Assembly (NCBI GenBank): GCA_977020255.1
Contig: CDROCS010004653.1
Location: forward strand, 62,001-126,000
Length of the DNA stretch: 64,000 nt
Direction: 5' to 3'
Source: Obrimoposthia wandeli
Taxonomy: Eukaryota
Positions 50,489-60,560 of this stretch are shown in pieces (positions within the stretch are counted from its first letter, which is position 1; every line of letters begins with the position of its first letter). The translations under genes were made by a program, and so were the position numbers. Under the pieces are notes generated by a model that was not told the DNA's origin, did not search any database, and saw nothing but the letters and a program-made list of their open reading frames with translations.

Positions 50489-50700
50489 CATATAACAACT
50501 ATATTTTGTGGATCACACATTACTGAGAAGAACAAACTTCTCCTAGCTGCCAGTACTTTTTAAAGCGCTAATACAACTTTAAACGACTTAATCCTCATAG
50601 CCGCAAACAGCCATTATTTGCTTGGAATAATTCACTGCAGCCGAACATTTATAGCATTTAAACAAGTATCTCCTCATCCTATTAAAAGAATGCGCGGTCC

Positions 50701-51243
50701 TTACTTGTTTATTACTAAATCCCCTTTAACCGGTGTGCTTTGCATAATAGTCATCGCATTCGGACTTTGTTTTAATGCCGTTTGGCGTAACATTTCAAAT
50801 TGTTCGTCAGTGCCATCACCCGTCACTTCGATACAATAATTCAGCTCAGTAAATGGGACTGAGGCATTTGCATCTATCTCCAAAAAGCCGGCTAAGTCGA
50901 GTTCACCTTTGACAGTAACTTGCAATGATTCCAACTGAATTTCAAGAATGGATGCTCCAACAGCGAATCCGACCAAAATACAAGCACCCACTCCTGAAAG
51001 TAAGTATTCCTGTGGATTAGGGGCATGGTTACAACCTAACAACTGTCTTGGCTCGTCTATTTCCCAGCTAAAGTCGCGACTGACCGTTTGTTGACCAATA
51101 CTCATCGGCAGCGTGGTAACTTTAGAGCGAGTGCCACTTTGCCAATCGAGCTGCACTCCATATTTTGCGATACCTTGTGCTGCATCTTCGTTGATCTCAT
51201 TGACAAATTCGCTCAGTCCAGCGACAGAAATTGCATTGCGCAT
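50701..51243 (-). CDS. OsmC/Ohr-family protein (single conserved Cys)
   Basis: DEPRQLLG, APNPQEYLLSGVGAC, V-GELDLAGFL, C-terminal QSPN; ATG 51243 with GGAG RBS. Confidence 0.85.
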   Translation of the reverse strand: MRNAISVAGLSEFVNEINEDAAQGIAKYGVQLDWQSGTRSKVTTLPMSIGQQTVSRDFSWEIDEPRQLLGCNHAPNPQEYLLSGVGACILVGFAVGASILEIQLESLQVTVKGELDLAGFLEIDANASVPFTELNYCIEVTGDGTDEQFEMLRQTALKQSPNAMTIMQSTPVKGDLVINK

Positions 51244-51410
51244 TGTATTCTCCAATTATTTTTTGGTAGATTAACTTCTACCATTTTGTGTTAATTTTTT
51301 TATCTTAAATACGCTATTTAAAGCCCTGTAAACCCATGTTTGCTGAGGTTCATTACCCTTTATTAGGCGGTAAATTAATGCTTTATAGCTTGCGTACATA
51401 TAATGTGCAT

Positions 51411-52715
51411 TTAGGACAAGTGAGCTAAGGCTTGCTCGAAGTCAGCGACTAAATCCTCTGCATCCTCAATACCGACAGATAAACGAATACAACCTGGATT
51501 TATTCCCATATTTGAACGCTGCTTAGCCGTAAAACCTGCGTGTGAGGTGTTATAAGGTAAGCTGATAAGTGATTCAACGCCTCCAAGGCTCGTTGCTTGT
51601 TTAGGAATTTTTAAGTTATCTAACAATCTAAGTGCAGCTTCATCTCCTCCTTTTACCTCAAGGGCAATCATGCCGCCGCCATTATTAAGCACCTCCTTAG
51701 CTAGCGAGTTATCTGGGTGACTCGCCAATAAAGGGTAATAAACAAAATTAATCAGTGGATGAGTTTCTAAATATTCAGCTAATTGCAGAGCACTTTGCTG
51801 GTGAGCTGCCATGCGAATAGCTAATGTTTTTAGCCCTCTCTCAAACAGAAAACAGGCATGCGGATCTAAACTCCCACCGTAGGTTAAAAGTCGTGGCCAA
51901 ATCATATCGACTAATTTTCTGCTACCCATTACCGCACCAGCAATAACATCTGAGTGACCATTAAGGTATTTTGAGGCTGAATGAATAACAACATCCGCAC
52001 CCAAGGCAACAATACGACAACTTATCGGCGTCAAAAAAGTACCATCGATCACTAGACGTAATTGGTGGCGCTTAGCAATGCTTGATAAGCGTTTAATATC
52101 GACCAGTTTTAATAGCGGATTGGTTAACGCTTCGAAATATAAGATCTGAGTATTAGGCTGTATCGCAGCTTCTATAGCATCATAATCACGTGGATCAACA
52201 TAACTGACACTCATATTAAAAGTCGGTAACTCTTGATTAAAAAGGTTATACGTCCCCCCATATAGTTCATTAGACGCAACGATATGTGCCCCTTTGTCTA
52301 CTAACGACAGAACAGTCGCTGTAATGGCAGCCATACCCGAGCTAAAAACTAGGGCTGATTCCACCCCTTCTAGCGCCGCCAATTTAGTTTGTAACGCCCA
52401 CTGGTTAGGGTTGCCATAACGTGTATAAATAAATCTATCGCGAGCGTAACCCTCTTCTACCGAACGGTATTGATCCTCTCCTAGAATAAACGTCGTCGTC
52501 TGGTAGATTGGCGTACCTACAGCCCCCGTAGCTCCATCGTCAATGGTGCCCGCATGAACACCCTTGGTTGAAAACCCAACCTCTGACCAGTTTGTATGCG
52601 ATACACTAGGCCCGGCGTTACGCTCTCGCTGTAAATTCGAAGTCCAGTAAGCATTAGCAGGCAAAGGACTTATTCCAAGAGCGTCCCCTTTAATATTTTT
52701 ATTCTTAATTGTCAT
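51411..52715 (-). CDS. Cys/Met metabolism PLP-dependent gamma-lyase (cystathionine/methionine gamma-lyase family)
   Basis: TPIYQTTTF, YTRYGNP, LAALEG, SSGMAA, SASKYLNGHSD, SLGGVESL, RLSVGIED; ATG 52715 with GAGG RBS. Confidence 0.9.
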   Translation of the reverse strand: MTIKNKNIKGDALGISPLPANAYWTSNLQRERNAGPSVSHTNWSEVGFSTKGVHAGTIDDGATGAVGTPIYQTTTFILGEDQYRSVEEGYARDRFIYTRYGNPNQWALQTKLAALEGVESALVFSSGMAAITATVLSLVDKGAHIVASNELYGGTYNLFNQELPTFNMSVSYVDPRDYDAIEAAIQPNTQILYFEALTNPLLKLVDIKRLSSIAKRHQLRLVIDGTFLTPISCRIVALGADVVIHSASKYLNGHSDVIAGAVMGSRKLVDMIWPRLLTYGGSLDPHACFLFERGLKTLAIRMAAHQQSALQLAEYLETHPLINFVYYPLLASHPDNSLAKEVLNNGGGMIALEVKGGDEAALRLLDNLKIPKQATSLGGVESLISLPYNTSHAGFTAKQRSNMGINPGCIRLSVGIEDAEDLVADFEQALAHLS

Positions 52716-52751
52716 GTATTGCGCCTCATTTATAGTGTCTGGGATATACAA

Positions 52752-52767
52752 TACAAATTTTGTGCCA
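52752..52767 (-). promoter_or_regulatory. Sigma54-like -24/-12 promoter for the lyase gene
   Basis: Minus strand TGGCAC-AAAAT-TTGTA versus consensus TGGCAC-N5-TTGCW (one mismatch at -12), 36 bp upstream of the ATG. Confidence 0.5.
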
Positions 52768-52786
52768 CAATACATTTAGTCTTATA

Positions 52787-52799
52787 AATCAATTTCTTA
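52787..52799 (+). promoter_or_regulatory. IHF-consensus site
   Basis: AATCAA-TTTC-TTA matches WATCAANNNNTTR; lies between the putative promoter and the activator boxes. Confidence 0.5.
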
Positions 52800-52829
52800 T
52801 ACACGATAGCAGAGGTTTCTTTAAACGGC

Positions 52830-52847
52830 TGTCATAAAAAAATTACA
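52830..52847. promoter_or_regulatory. TyrR/PhhR-like box 1
   Basis: TGTCAT-AAAAAA-ATTACA, an 18-bp TGT-N12-ACA box. Confidence 0.65.
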
Positions 52848-52910
52848 CTCCATTTTTTGCCCAAGCTATATATCACGGTACTTTAGCTAAGGTTGCTGCT
52901 CTTGCACTTT

Positions 52911-52947
52911 TGTCACATTTAAATGACAATGTAATAAAAAAATTACA
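52911..52947. promoter_or_regulatory. Tandem TyrR/PhhR-like boxes 2 and 3 separated by 1 bp
   Basis: TGTCACATTTAAATGACA (52911-52928) and TGTAATAAAAAAATTACA (52930-52947), ending 9 bp before the regulator ATG. Confidence 0.7.
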
Positions 52948-52956
52948 GGCTTAATC

Positions 52957-54492
52957 ATGCGCTTTGATATTCGCTCTATAGATAGAATTGGAATCACCCA
53001 AGAGATCCTTAAAGTATTCACTCATCAGAATTGGAATTTAGTGCGCGTTGAAATGTACCTGCACCATACTTTTGTACAGCTAGACCAAAAGGCTGAATTA
53101 GCTGAGCTAATCATTGCCTTGCAAGGTATTGAAGGCGTAATAGAAGTGGTCGAAATTGATTTACTACCAGATGAAAGACGTACTTTGCATCTAGATGCTG
53201 TTCTATCAAAACTACAAGATCCAATATTAGATATTGATAGCACTGGACGAATACTATTAGCCAATAGCGCAGCAACTGTATTACTTGGAAAAACAGAAGC
53301 TGATATACAGGGCGTTTCACTGACCGATTTCATTGATTGCCCATTAGAATCGTTACTTTGTAAGCACGAGAATAGTATTGATATTACCTGCGCGGGGCAG
53401 TCATTCCTTGCCCAGTCAACACCTTTTTATTCACATAACGGTGCACGAGAATCAATTTCTGGTGCAGTCATTTTACTACAGAGCCTAAGTCGTTTAGGTC
53501 AACAAATTTCTGCAGTAAACTACAGCGGTAATGAAACTGATCAATCTTTCATTGGCGTTTGCGAAACAACTCAAACATTACTGAGTACCACAAAACGCTT
53601 CGCCAACTTAGATATGCCCGTCCTCATTCAAGGCGAGACTGGTACGGGCAAAGAACTAGTTGCCCATATCCTCCACGATAGTAGCCTGCGAGCAGGAAAA
53701 CCTTTCATGGCTATTAACTGTGCAGCAGTTCCTGAAAACCTACTCGAAAGCGAACTTTTTGGATACGCGCCCGGAGCATTCTCAAGCGCTAGCAGAAGTG
53801 GGAAACCAGGCTTATTTGAATTAGCTGATGGCGGCTCCATTTTATTGGATGAAATAGGAGAAATGTCCGCTTATTTGCAGGCAAAACTGCTGCGGTTTTT
53901 ACAAGACTTCAGTTTTAGACGCATCGGTGGTGAAAAGGAGATTACGGTCAATGTGCGTATTATTAGTGCGACCCATCGAGATTTACAAACCATGATAGAG
54001 AAAAAAATATTCCGTGAAGATCTATATTACCGTCTCAATGTGTTGAATTTACAAGTGCCTGCATTACGCCAACGCAGAGCTGATATACCAGCACTGACAA
54101 AGCACTTCATCACGCGCGCAGCGGAACAAACAAGACGTCACACTCCAGCGTTATCAAGCTGTGTTTTAGATAAACTTATGTCACACTACTGGCCCGGTAA
54201 CATCAGAGAACTACAGAACGTACTATTTAGAGCCGTCGTCATGTCAGATGGCGAAATGCTAGAACTGCAAGATATCTGTACTGAAATCGATAGTCCAGCC
54301 CAGCCTCTCGCCCAAAAAACAGCCCAACAAAAAGACTCTGTTGAAGACTGGCAAAGCGCGGTTAGTGAATTTGAAAAGGAGTTACTTAGTGTGCTTTACC
54401 CACTCTACCCTTCTTCAAGAAAGCTAGGCCAACGCTTAAAAGTTTCGCACAATACTATTGCCTTAAAACTGAAAAAGTATGGGTTGACTTGA
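52957..54492 (+). CDS. TyrR/PhhR/GcsR-family regulator (ACT-PAS-AAA+-HTH)
   Basis: DRIGITQEIL ACT start, GETGTGKE, ESELFGYAPGAFSSA, LLDEIGE, REDLYYRLNV, WPGNIRELQN, C-terminal YPSSRKLGQRLKVSHNTIALKLKKYG. Confidence 0.9.
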   Translation: MRFDIRSIDRIGITQEILKVFTHQNWNLVRVEMYLHHTFVQLDQKAELAELIIALQGIEGVIEVVEIDLLPDERRTLHLDAVLSKLQDPILDIDSTGRILLANSAATVLLGKTEADIQGVSLTDFIDCPLESLLCKHENSIDITCAGQSFLAQSTPFYSHNGARESISGAVILLQSLSRLGQQISAVNYSGNETDQSFIGVCETTQTLLSTTKRFANLDMPVLIQGETGTGKELVAHILHDSSLRAGKPFMAINCAAVPENLLESELFGYAPGAFSSASRSGKPGLFELADGGSILLDEIGEMSAYLQAKLLRFLQDFSFRRIGGEKEITVNVRIISATHRDLQTMIEKKIFREDLYYRLNVLNLQVPALRQRRADIPALTKHFITRAAEQTRRHTPALSSCVLDKLMSHYWPGNIRELQNVLFRAVVMSDGEMLELQDICTEIDSPAQPLAQKTAQQKDSVEDWQSAVSEFEKELLSVLYPLYPSSRKLGQRLKVSHNTIALKLKKYGLT

Positions 54493-54794
54493 CAACCAAG
54501 TGGCTTCGCTCTTCTTTGTTTCGCGAAGCTCTCATTGAAAAACACTTACTACAGAAGACAACAACAGCACTTAGAAAATTTATAACATAATAACCAAGCT
54601 CATTTAAAAAACTGTAATATTTGAACACTGATAGGACTGGCAAAATCATCATCCTCCAAGCTGCCTTCATATATGGTGCTTGGCGAATGACGAATTAGCC
54701 AGTTCAAGTGCTTTATGTCTAGCTAAGGGAGTTTCAACTTCTTAACAGCTCGTGCCCTAACCCTTAAAAAATTATAGAAACTCACAGCCTACAT

Positions 54795-55556
54795 TTAAAT
54801 TGCCAAATACTTATGCATCAATTCTTTGTCATCCAATACTTCTTGCGCTACCCCATCGAACACCACTTCTCCGGTGTCGATAATGATGGCGCGATCAGCG
54901 AGCCTTAAAGCGGCAATGGCATTTTGTTCGACAATGATTGTGGTTATGCCCAGCTCTTTAATTTCATTCAGGATGTTTTCTATCTCCTTAACAATTATCG
55001 GCGCCAGCCCTTCGTATGGCTCATCTAACAATAATAATTTAATATCACGTGCTAGTGCGCGTGCCACTGCTAACATCTGTTGTTCGCCCCCTGATAAGGT
55101 TGCTCCATCTTGTAAACGCCGCTCTCCTAAACGAGGGAAATGTTTGTAGATCCGTTCTAGTGACCAGCCTATCGGCTCTTCTATTTGCGCCAGCTGGATA
55201 TTCTCTTCTACGGTTAATCCCGGAATGATCCAGCGATCTTCAGGGACTAATGCCACTCCGTTTTTCGCGGCCTCGTGTGATTTCATCAGGTGTAGCGGTT
55301 TATGGTCGAGCCAAATTTCGCCAGAGTTGACCTGTGGGCTACTGGCTCGGGCGATGGAGCGTAAAATAGACGTTTTACCGGCACCGTTCCTCCCCAAAAG
55401 CGCGAGAATTTCTCCCTCTCTAATATCAAAACTGACATTCTGCACTACGAAGCTTTCTCCGTAGTAGCTGTTCATTTCCCACACTGAAAAGAAAGCGGGT
55501 GCACCACCTTTGTTGGTGACAGGCTTTTTTACCGGAGCTATTGGGCTACTGCTCAT
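54795..55556 (-). CDS. LivF-like ABC ATP-binding protein
   Basis: GRNGAGKT, LSGGEQQMLAVARAL, LDEPYEGLAP, VEQN. Confidence 0.92.
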   Translation of the reverse strand: MSSSPIAPVKKPVTNKGGAPAFFSVWEMNSYYGESFVVQNVSFDIREGEILALLGRNGAGKTSILRSIARASSPQVNSGEIWLDHKPLHLMKSHEAAKNGVALVPEDRWIIPGLTVEENIQLAQIEEPIGWSLERIYKHFPRLGERRLQDGATLSGGEQQMLAVARALARDIKLLLLDEPYEGLAPIIVKEIENILNEIKELGITTIIVEQNAIAALRLADRAIIIDTGEVVFDGVAQEVLDDKELMHKYLAI

Positions 55557-56317
55557 ATCACTGCTCCTCCCAGATACGCTTCTTTGACAATTTCACTCTC
55601 GCGAATTTCCTGCGGTGTTCCCTCGGCAATAATAGTGCCTTGTGCGAGTACCGAGACTCTGTCTGCAAGGCTAAACACCACATTCATATCGTGTTCGATA
55701 ATAACTTTAGTCATGCCACTGGCCTTGATTTTCTGTAGTATTTCTATGGTTTGATTGGTATCAGCTCTGGCCATCCCCGCGGTTGGCTCATCCAATAATA
55801 ATAGTTTGGGTTTTTGCACTAGACACATGGCCAGCTCTAATCTGCGCTTATTTCCGCGAGACATTGCACCCGCGCGATCAGATATTTGCTCCATGAGGTG
55901 CATCTCTTCTATGATACTCATCGCCTGTTCTTCAATATCTTTACGCTGATTAATTGCCTTAAATGGATTAAAGGTAAACTCTCCATCTAAGCTTGCCAGT
56001 GCAGGAATCATGATATTTTGTAAGATGGTTAGATCTTCAAATATTTGTGGCGTCTGAAAAACACGTGATATCCCCTGCTGGCTTATCTGATGCGGTAATT
56101 GGCCGGTAATGTTATCACCATTAAATTTGACAGTGCCTGCATCGGGAGTCAGTTGACCGATGCAAACATTAAGCATGGTTGATTTCCCAGCCCCATTGGG
56201 GCCAATGATAGCGTGCACGGTCCCCTCTTCAATGGTTAAATTCAAATCATTTAGTGCCTTTAAACCGCCAAATGTTTTCAGCACACCAGTGACTTCTAAC
56301 AATGCGTTATTCGCCAT
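55553..56317 (-). CDS. LivG-like ABC ATP-binding protein
   Basis: [36 protein letters not shown]. Confidence 0.92.
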   Translation of the reverse strand: MANNALLEVTGVLKTFGGLKALNDLNLTIEEGTVHAIIGPNGAGKSTMLNVCIGQLTPDAGTVKFNGDNITGQLPHQISQQGISRVFQTPQIFEDLTILQNIMIPALASLDGEFTFNPFKAINQRKDIEEQAMSIIEEMHLMEQISDRAGAMSRGNKRRLELAMCLVQKPKLLLLDEPTAGMARADTNQTIEILQKIKASGMTKVIIEHDMNVVFSLADRVSVLAQGTIIAEGTPQEIRESEIVKEAYLGGAVI

Positions 56318-57455
56318 GCTCTGCTCCTGATTTTAACTTATCGACTGATTTATCAGCGCTCAACATGTGTTTAAGCTTCCTGTAACCAAGTTGCACTCCC
56401 TGCATTACGCCACCGGGCAAAAAAGCCACCACAAACATAAACAATAAACCTAAGGTCATGTGCCATCCCTCTCCAACAAATAGCGATGAAATACTAACTA
56501 AAGCATTTTCTAGCCAGTTTGGTAGCCAGGCATATAAAGCGTGCAAATCTACTTGATTGACTGCCGAGAAGATATTTTCAAAATACTTGATAATAACCAC
56601 TCCCAGTAGTGGACCAAACAAAGTGCCGACTCCGCCAAGAATTGTCATCAAGATTACTTCCCCTGATGCCGTCCACTGCATGCGTTCGGCTCCCGCCAAT
56701 GGATCAGTTGCTGCTAGAAGTCCACCTGCTAGCCCGGCGTACATACCGGAAATAACGAAAGCAGTTAAGAGGTAAGGTTTAGTGTTAAAACCTAAATATC
56801 GCATGCGGTTTTGGTTAGACTTAATCGCCTTGAGCTTTAAGCCAAAGGGAGAGTTAAATATTTTGAGCGAGACGTAAAATACTGCAATCATAATCAACGC
56901 AGAAATATAAAAGCCAGAATAACCGCTGGTTTCAATCCCAAATAGAGTTGTAGAAGGCAAACCTTCACCCGCTTCACTAAACAGCCTATCAATGATACGT
57001 GGATCACTTTTAGCTAATTGCAAACCGGTTTCCCCATTGGTGATTGGGGTCAGAACAGAATAGGCTAGGTTGTAGCACATCTGAGCAAAAGCTAAGGTTA
57101 AAATCGAAAAGTAAATACCCGATCTGCGCAGCGCTACATACCCCATCGCCACCGCAAAAATGCCTGACATCACTACACTGAGTATAATCGCCGGTATAAT
57201 ATTCATCGACAGTAACTTAAACGACCAAACCGCCGTATAAGACCCTATCCCTAGAAAAGCTGCGTGACCAAAAGATAAATAGCCGGTTAAACCGAATAAG
57301 ATATTATAGCCGATGGCGAAAACACCAAAGATAACAAACTTCTGCAGTATATCGGGGTACGCGGCGCCAAACGGTATCATCCACAATGGCATGGTTAATA
57401 CCACTGTCGAAAATAACAGCATGATAAGCCAATTCTTTTTCATTAATTTATTCAT
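56307..57455 (-). CDS. LivM-like branched-chain amino acid ABC permease
   Basis: [39 protein letters not shown]. Confidence 0.92.
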   Translation of the reverse strand: MNKLMKKNWLIMLLFSTVVLTMPLWMIPFGAAYPDILQKFVIFGVFAIGYNILFGLTGYLSFGHAAFLGIGSYTAVWSFKLLSMNIIPAIILSVVMSGIFAVAMGYVALRRSGIYFSILTLAFAQMCYNLAYSVLTPITNGETGLQLAKSDPRIIDRLFSEAGEGLPSTTLFGIETSGYSGFYISALIMIAVFYVSLKIFNSPFGLKLKAIKSNQNRMRYLGFNTKPYLLTAFVISGMYAGLAGGLLAATDPLAGAERMQWTASGEVILMTILGGVGTLFGPLLGVVIIKYFENIFSAVNQVDLHALYAWLPNWLENALVSISSLFVGEGWHMTLGLLFMFVVAFLPGGVMQGVQLGYRKLKHMLSADKSVDKLKSGAEHGE

Positions 57456-57456
57456 A

Positions 57457-58497
57457 TTAATCTTCGAAAACCCCCTTAACGCCCATCAGACCTCGTGGCC
57501 TAACTAACAAGACAACAACAGCGACTAAGTAAATTATGATTTGATCGATACCGGGCAGAATTTCTTTTACTTCATTCATCGCGGCAAAAGATTGCAGAAT
57601 GCCAAGCATAAATCCAGCGGCGACGGCACCGGGCAATGAACCCATCCCCCCCACTACCACTACTACGAAGGTTAGTACCAAAAAGTCCATCCCCAAGTGG
57701 AAATCTGGTGGCACTATTGGCGCATACATCACCCCGGCAACACCCGCCACTACAGCGGACAAACTAAAAACAATAGTGAAACGCCGCTCGATGTTAATAC
57801 CTAACATGCCAACCATTTCACGGTTTTGAATACCTGCCCTGACCACCATGCCAAACGTGGTAAATTTGAGAAACGCAAATACAGCCCCGATAACACTTAA
57901 AGAAAAACCTAGATAAATAAGCCGCCACCAAGGGTAAATGACATTTTCCCCCAGCCCGATGTAGCGTCCAATATCAGCACTACCAGATACAGCTTCAGGC
58001 GCCGAAGTGGGAATAGGGTTAGCACCAAAGAAATGACGAATAATTTCTTGCAGGACGATCGCTAAGCCGAAGGTGAAAAGAATTTGAGAAGCGTGATCAC
58101 GCTTGTAAAAGTATTGAATAAAGCCACGCTCTAAAACCCAGCCAACTAATAGCATTACCGGAATGGCAAAAAGAATAGATAGCGGTACCGAAAAGTCTAT
58201 GATGGTAGCGCCGGTATCTCCCCACCAAATTTCCAAATAAGGCATATCCTTATAAGCATCGAAGAAGGTGATACTTTCGTCTTTTACCGATTTAGAAATA
58301 GTGAGTATTTTGTTGAATGTAACCGCACAAAACGCCCCAAGCATAAATAATGCGCCGTGGGCAAAGTTGACGATTCCTAAAGTTCCAAATGCTAAGGTTA
58401 GACCTAAAGCAATCAACGCGTATGCGCCGCCTTTATCTAAACCGTTTAAAAGCTGTATGAGTATTGCATCCATAAGATAAAACAACATCGCTATCAA
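57457..58497 (-). CDS. LivH-like branched-chain amino acid ABC permease
   Basis: [37 protein letters not shown]; start uncertain (58497, 58488 or 58473). Confidence 0.9.
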   Translation of the reverse strand: MIAMLFYLMDAILIQLLNGLDKGGAYALIALGLTLAFGTLGIVNFAHGALFMLGAFCAVTFNKILTISKSVKDESITFFDAYKDMPYLEIWWGDTGATIIDFSVPLSILFAIPVMLLVGWVLERGFIQYFYKRDHASQILFTFGLAIVLQEIIRHFFGANPIPTSAPEAVSGSADIGRYIGLGENVIYPWWRLIYLGFSLSVIGAVFAFLKFTTFGMVVRAGIQNREMVGMLGINIERRFTIVFSLSAVVAGVAGVMYAPIVPPDFHLGMDFLVLTFVVVVVGGMGSLPGAVAAGFMLGILQSFAAMNEVKEILPGIDQIIIYLVAVVVLLVRPRGLMGVKGVFED

Positions 58498-58876
58498 GAG
58501 AGTTGCAAACTATTAAAATGCTTATTAGATAGTTTTTGCCAACGCTTAGCCAAACCTAAACCAGTGATGCATATACAGTACAGGGCGCTGTCTGTTCACC
58601 GAATGAAGCTATCGCCAATAAGCTTTAAAGGACCTATTATGCGAGACTGAGATCTTAGCGCTAGAATGATTACGTAAACTCTTTTTTTCAATCAATATAC
58701 AAACTGTTTCATTCATCAATATTGAAATTAGAGTTACCAGCAAAAAATGTTAAATAGACAAAGTAAAAGTTTAAACAGACTCTCGGTTATAAAAACCGCC
58801 AACTGACGGCCCGCAGCGGTTCACCACTGAGTTGCTCACTATTGAACACCTCAGCGATGACTGCCAATATAGAGTT

Positions 58877-60229
58877 TTAGCCTTTGTAAGGGCCTAATTC
58901 TCCACCGAAAATTTTGGCATCATATTCAACTTGTGAACGTGGCACTTGCTGCACTATATCCAGTAAATCAAATTGATTTTGCGGATTTTCATTACCTTTC
59001 ACCACTAGCACATCTTTAAAGCACTGGTGATCTTCGGCACGATATTCAGTCGCGCCGTTACCCATGCCATCAAACTTATGTCCTTCAAGTGCTTTAATAA
59101 CTTCTGGCGGATAGAAAGTACCCGCGCGCTCACATGCATCTGCATACAATAAAGTCTGAACATAACAAGTGTGTGCTGCCTGTGAAGGCGGGAAGCCATA
59201 CACTTGGCCGAAGGATTTAACGAAAGCTTGTGAACCCTCATCTTGTAGAGTCCAGTTCCAGTTGGTAGTACCTAAAATTCCTTTGATATTATCGCCTGCT
59301 CCCTGGGCCATTAATCGGGAGAACAGTGGTACAATAATTTGGAAATCCTTACCGTTAACTTGCTTATCACGCAAACCAAACTGCACTGCTTGTGTCAGTG
59401 AGTTGATCATATCTTTGCCGTAATGGTTTAAGATAAGTACATCAGCTCCAGAGTTTAAAACGGGGGTAATATACTGCGAGAAATCTCCGGCGCCGACCGG
59501 GGTTCTAACTGTTTTTGTAGTTTTCCAACCCAGCGCTTCAGTAGTATTTTTAATCGACTCTTCCTGAGTCCAACCCCAAGTATAATCAGCCGTTAAATGA
59601 TATGCTTGGCGTTCAGTACCGTATTCTTTTTCCAATACTGGCCCCAGTGCAGAACCTGACATATGAGCGTTGAAGAAGTGTCTAAAACCATAACGGCGCT
59701 TATCTTTGCCGGTAGTATCATTAGAGTGAGTTAAACCCGCCATAAAGATAATGCCTGCTTCCTGTGCAAAAGACTGCTGCGCGATAGCTACTCCAGAGGA
59801 AGACCCGCCAGAGAACATAATCACTTTGTCTTTTTCTATCATACGCTTAGCTGAAGCACGCGCTGCATCTGATTTGGTTTGGGTATCACCGGTAACAAAA
59901 TTCACCTTCTTGCCTAAGATACCGTTGCCGGTTAATAGTGAAGGTTTCATCGTATTCATCAACCCGCCATCACCTTCACCATTAAGATGCATAACGGCTA
60001 GTTTGAATGCTCGCAGTTCGTCCGCACCTTCATCGGCGTAAGCACCTGATTGAGGTATGTTAAAGCCTAAGGTGACAGCAGAAAGTTTACTGGGATCATT
60101 GGGAAACTGTTTAGCCCAAACATTTTTACTATAAAACATAGGCATAGCACCCGCCAGTGCAAAAGCACCACCAGCGGTTAAGATTCGTCTACGTAACTGG
60201 TTGGTTTGTTCTGTATTTTTGTCGCTCAT
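58877..60229 (-). CDS. Liv-type ABC substrate-binding protein with Tat signal
   Basis: RRRILTAGGAFALAG twin-arginine leader, PQSGAYADEG, GDFSQYI, YRAEDHQ; ATG 60229 with GGAG RBS. Confidence 0.88.
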   Translation of the reverse strand: MSDKNTEQTNQLRRRILTAGGAFALAGAMPMFYSKNVWAKQFPNDPSKLSAVTLGFNIPQSGAYADEGADELRAFKLAVMHLNGEGDGGLMNTMKPSLLTGNGILGKKVNFVTGDTQTKSDAARASAKRMIEKDKVIMFSGGSSSGVAIAQQSFAQEAGIIFMAGLTHSNDTTGKDKRRYGFRHFFNAHMSGSALGPVLEKEYGTERQAYHLTADYTWGWTQEESIKNTTEALGWKTTKTVRTPVGAGDFSQYITPVLNSGADVLILNHYGKDMINSLTQAVQFGLRDKQVNGKDFQIIVPLFSRLMAQGAGDNIKGILGTTNWNWTLQDEGSQAFVKSFGQVYGFPPSQAAHTCYVQTLLYADACERAGTFYPPEVIKALEGHKFDGMGNGATEYRAEDHQCFKDVLVVKGNENPQNQFDLLDIVQQVPRSQVEYDAKIFGGELGPYKG

Positions 60230-60560
60230 TGTTATTATTCTCCATGACATATTTTTAGAAAAAATGCGGCGTCAAGCTCTTCTAAGGCTGATGATTAAAA
60301 AACAACCTAAGACTTAGAAATTAGCACAGCTACCAATAAAAATCTTATAGACTTTAGTCTATGTCATTGGATATAAGCCGTGGACTTTTAACAATCCTGC
60401 CGTTATAGCGGCTTGTTAACGCCCTACAATAATCTAGAAAAATCAATTTAGGACTGAGGGGCTTAGGTGAAATTGCGCAAAAAAAGTAGCTTTGACTAGG
60501 TTGAGGTAAGCTCTTAAAAGATATTTACCACATAGATCACAGTGTAATACGAGGGAGAGG

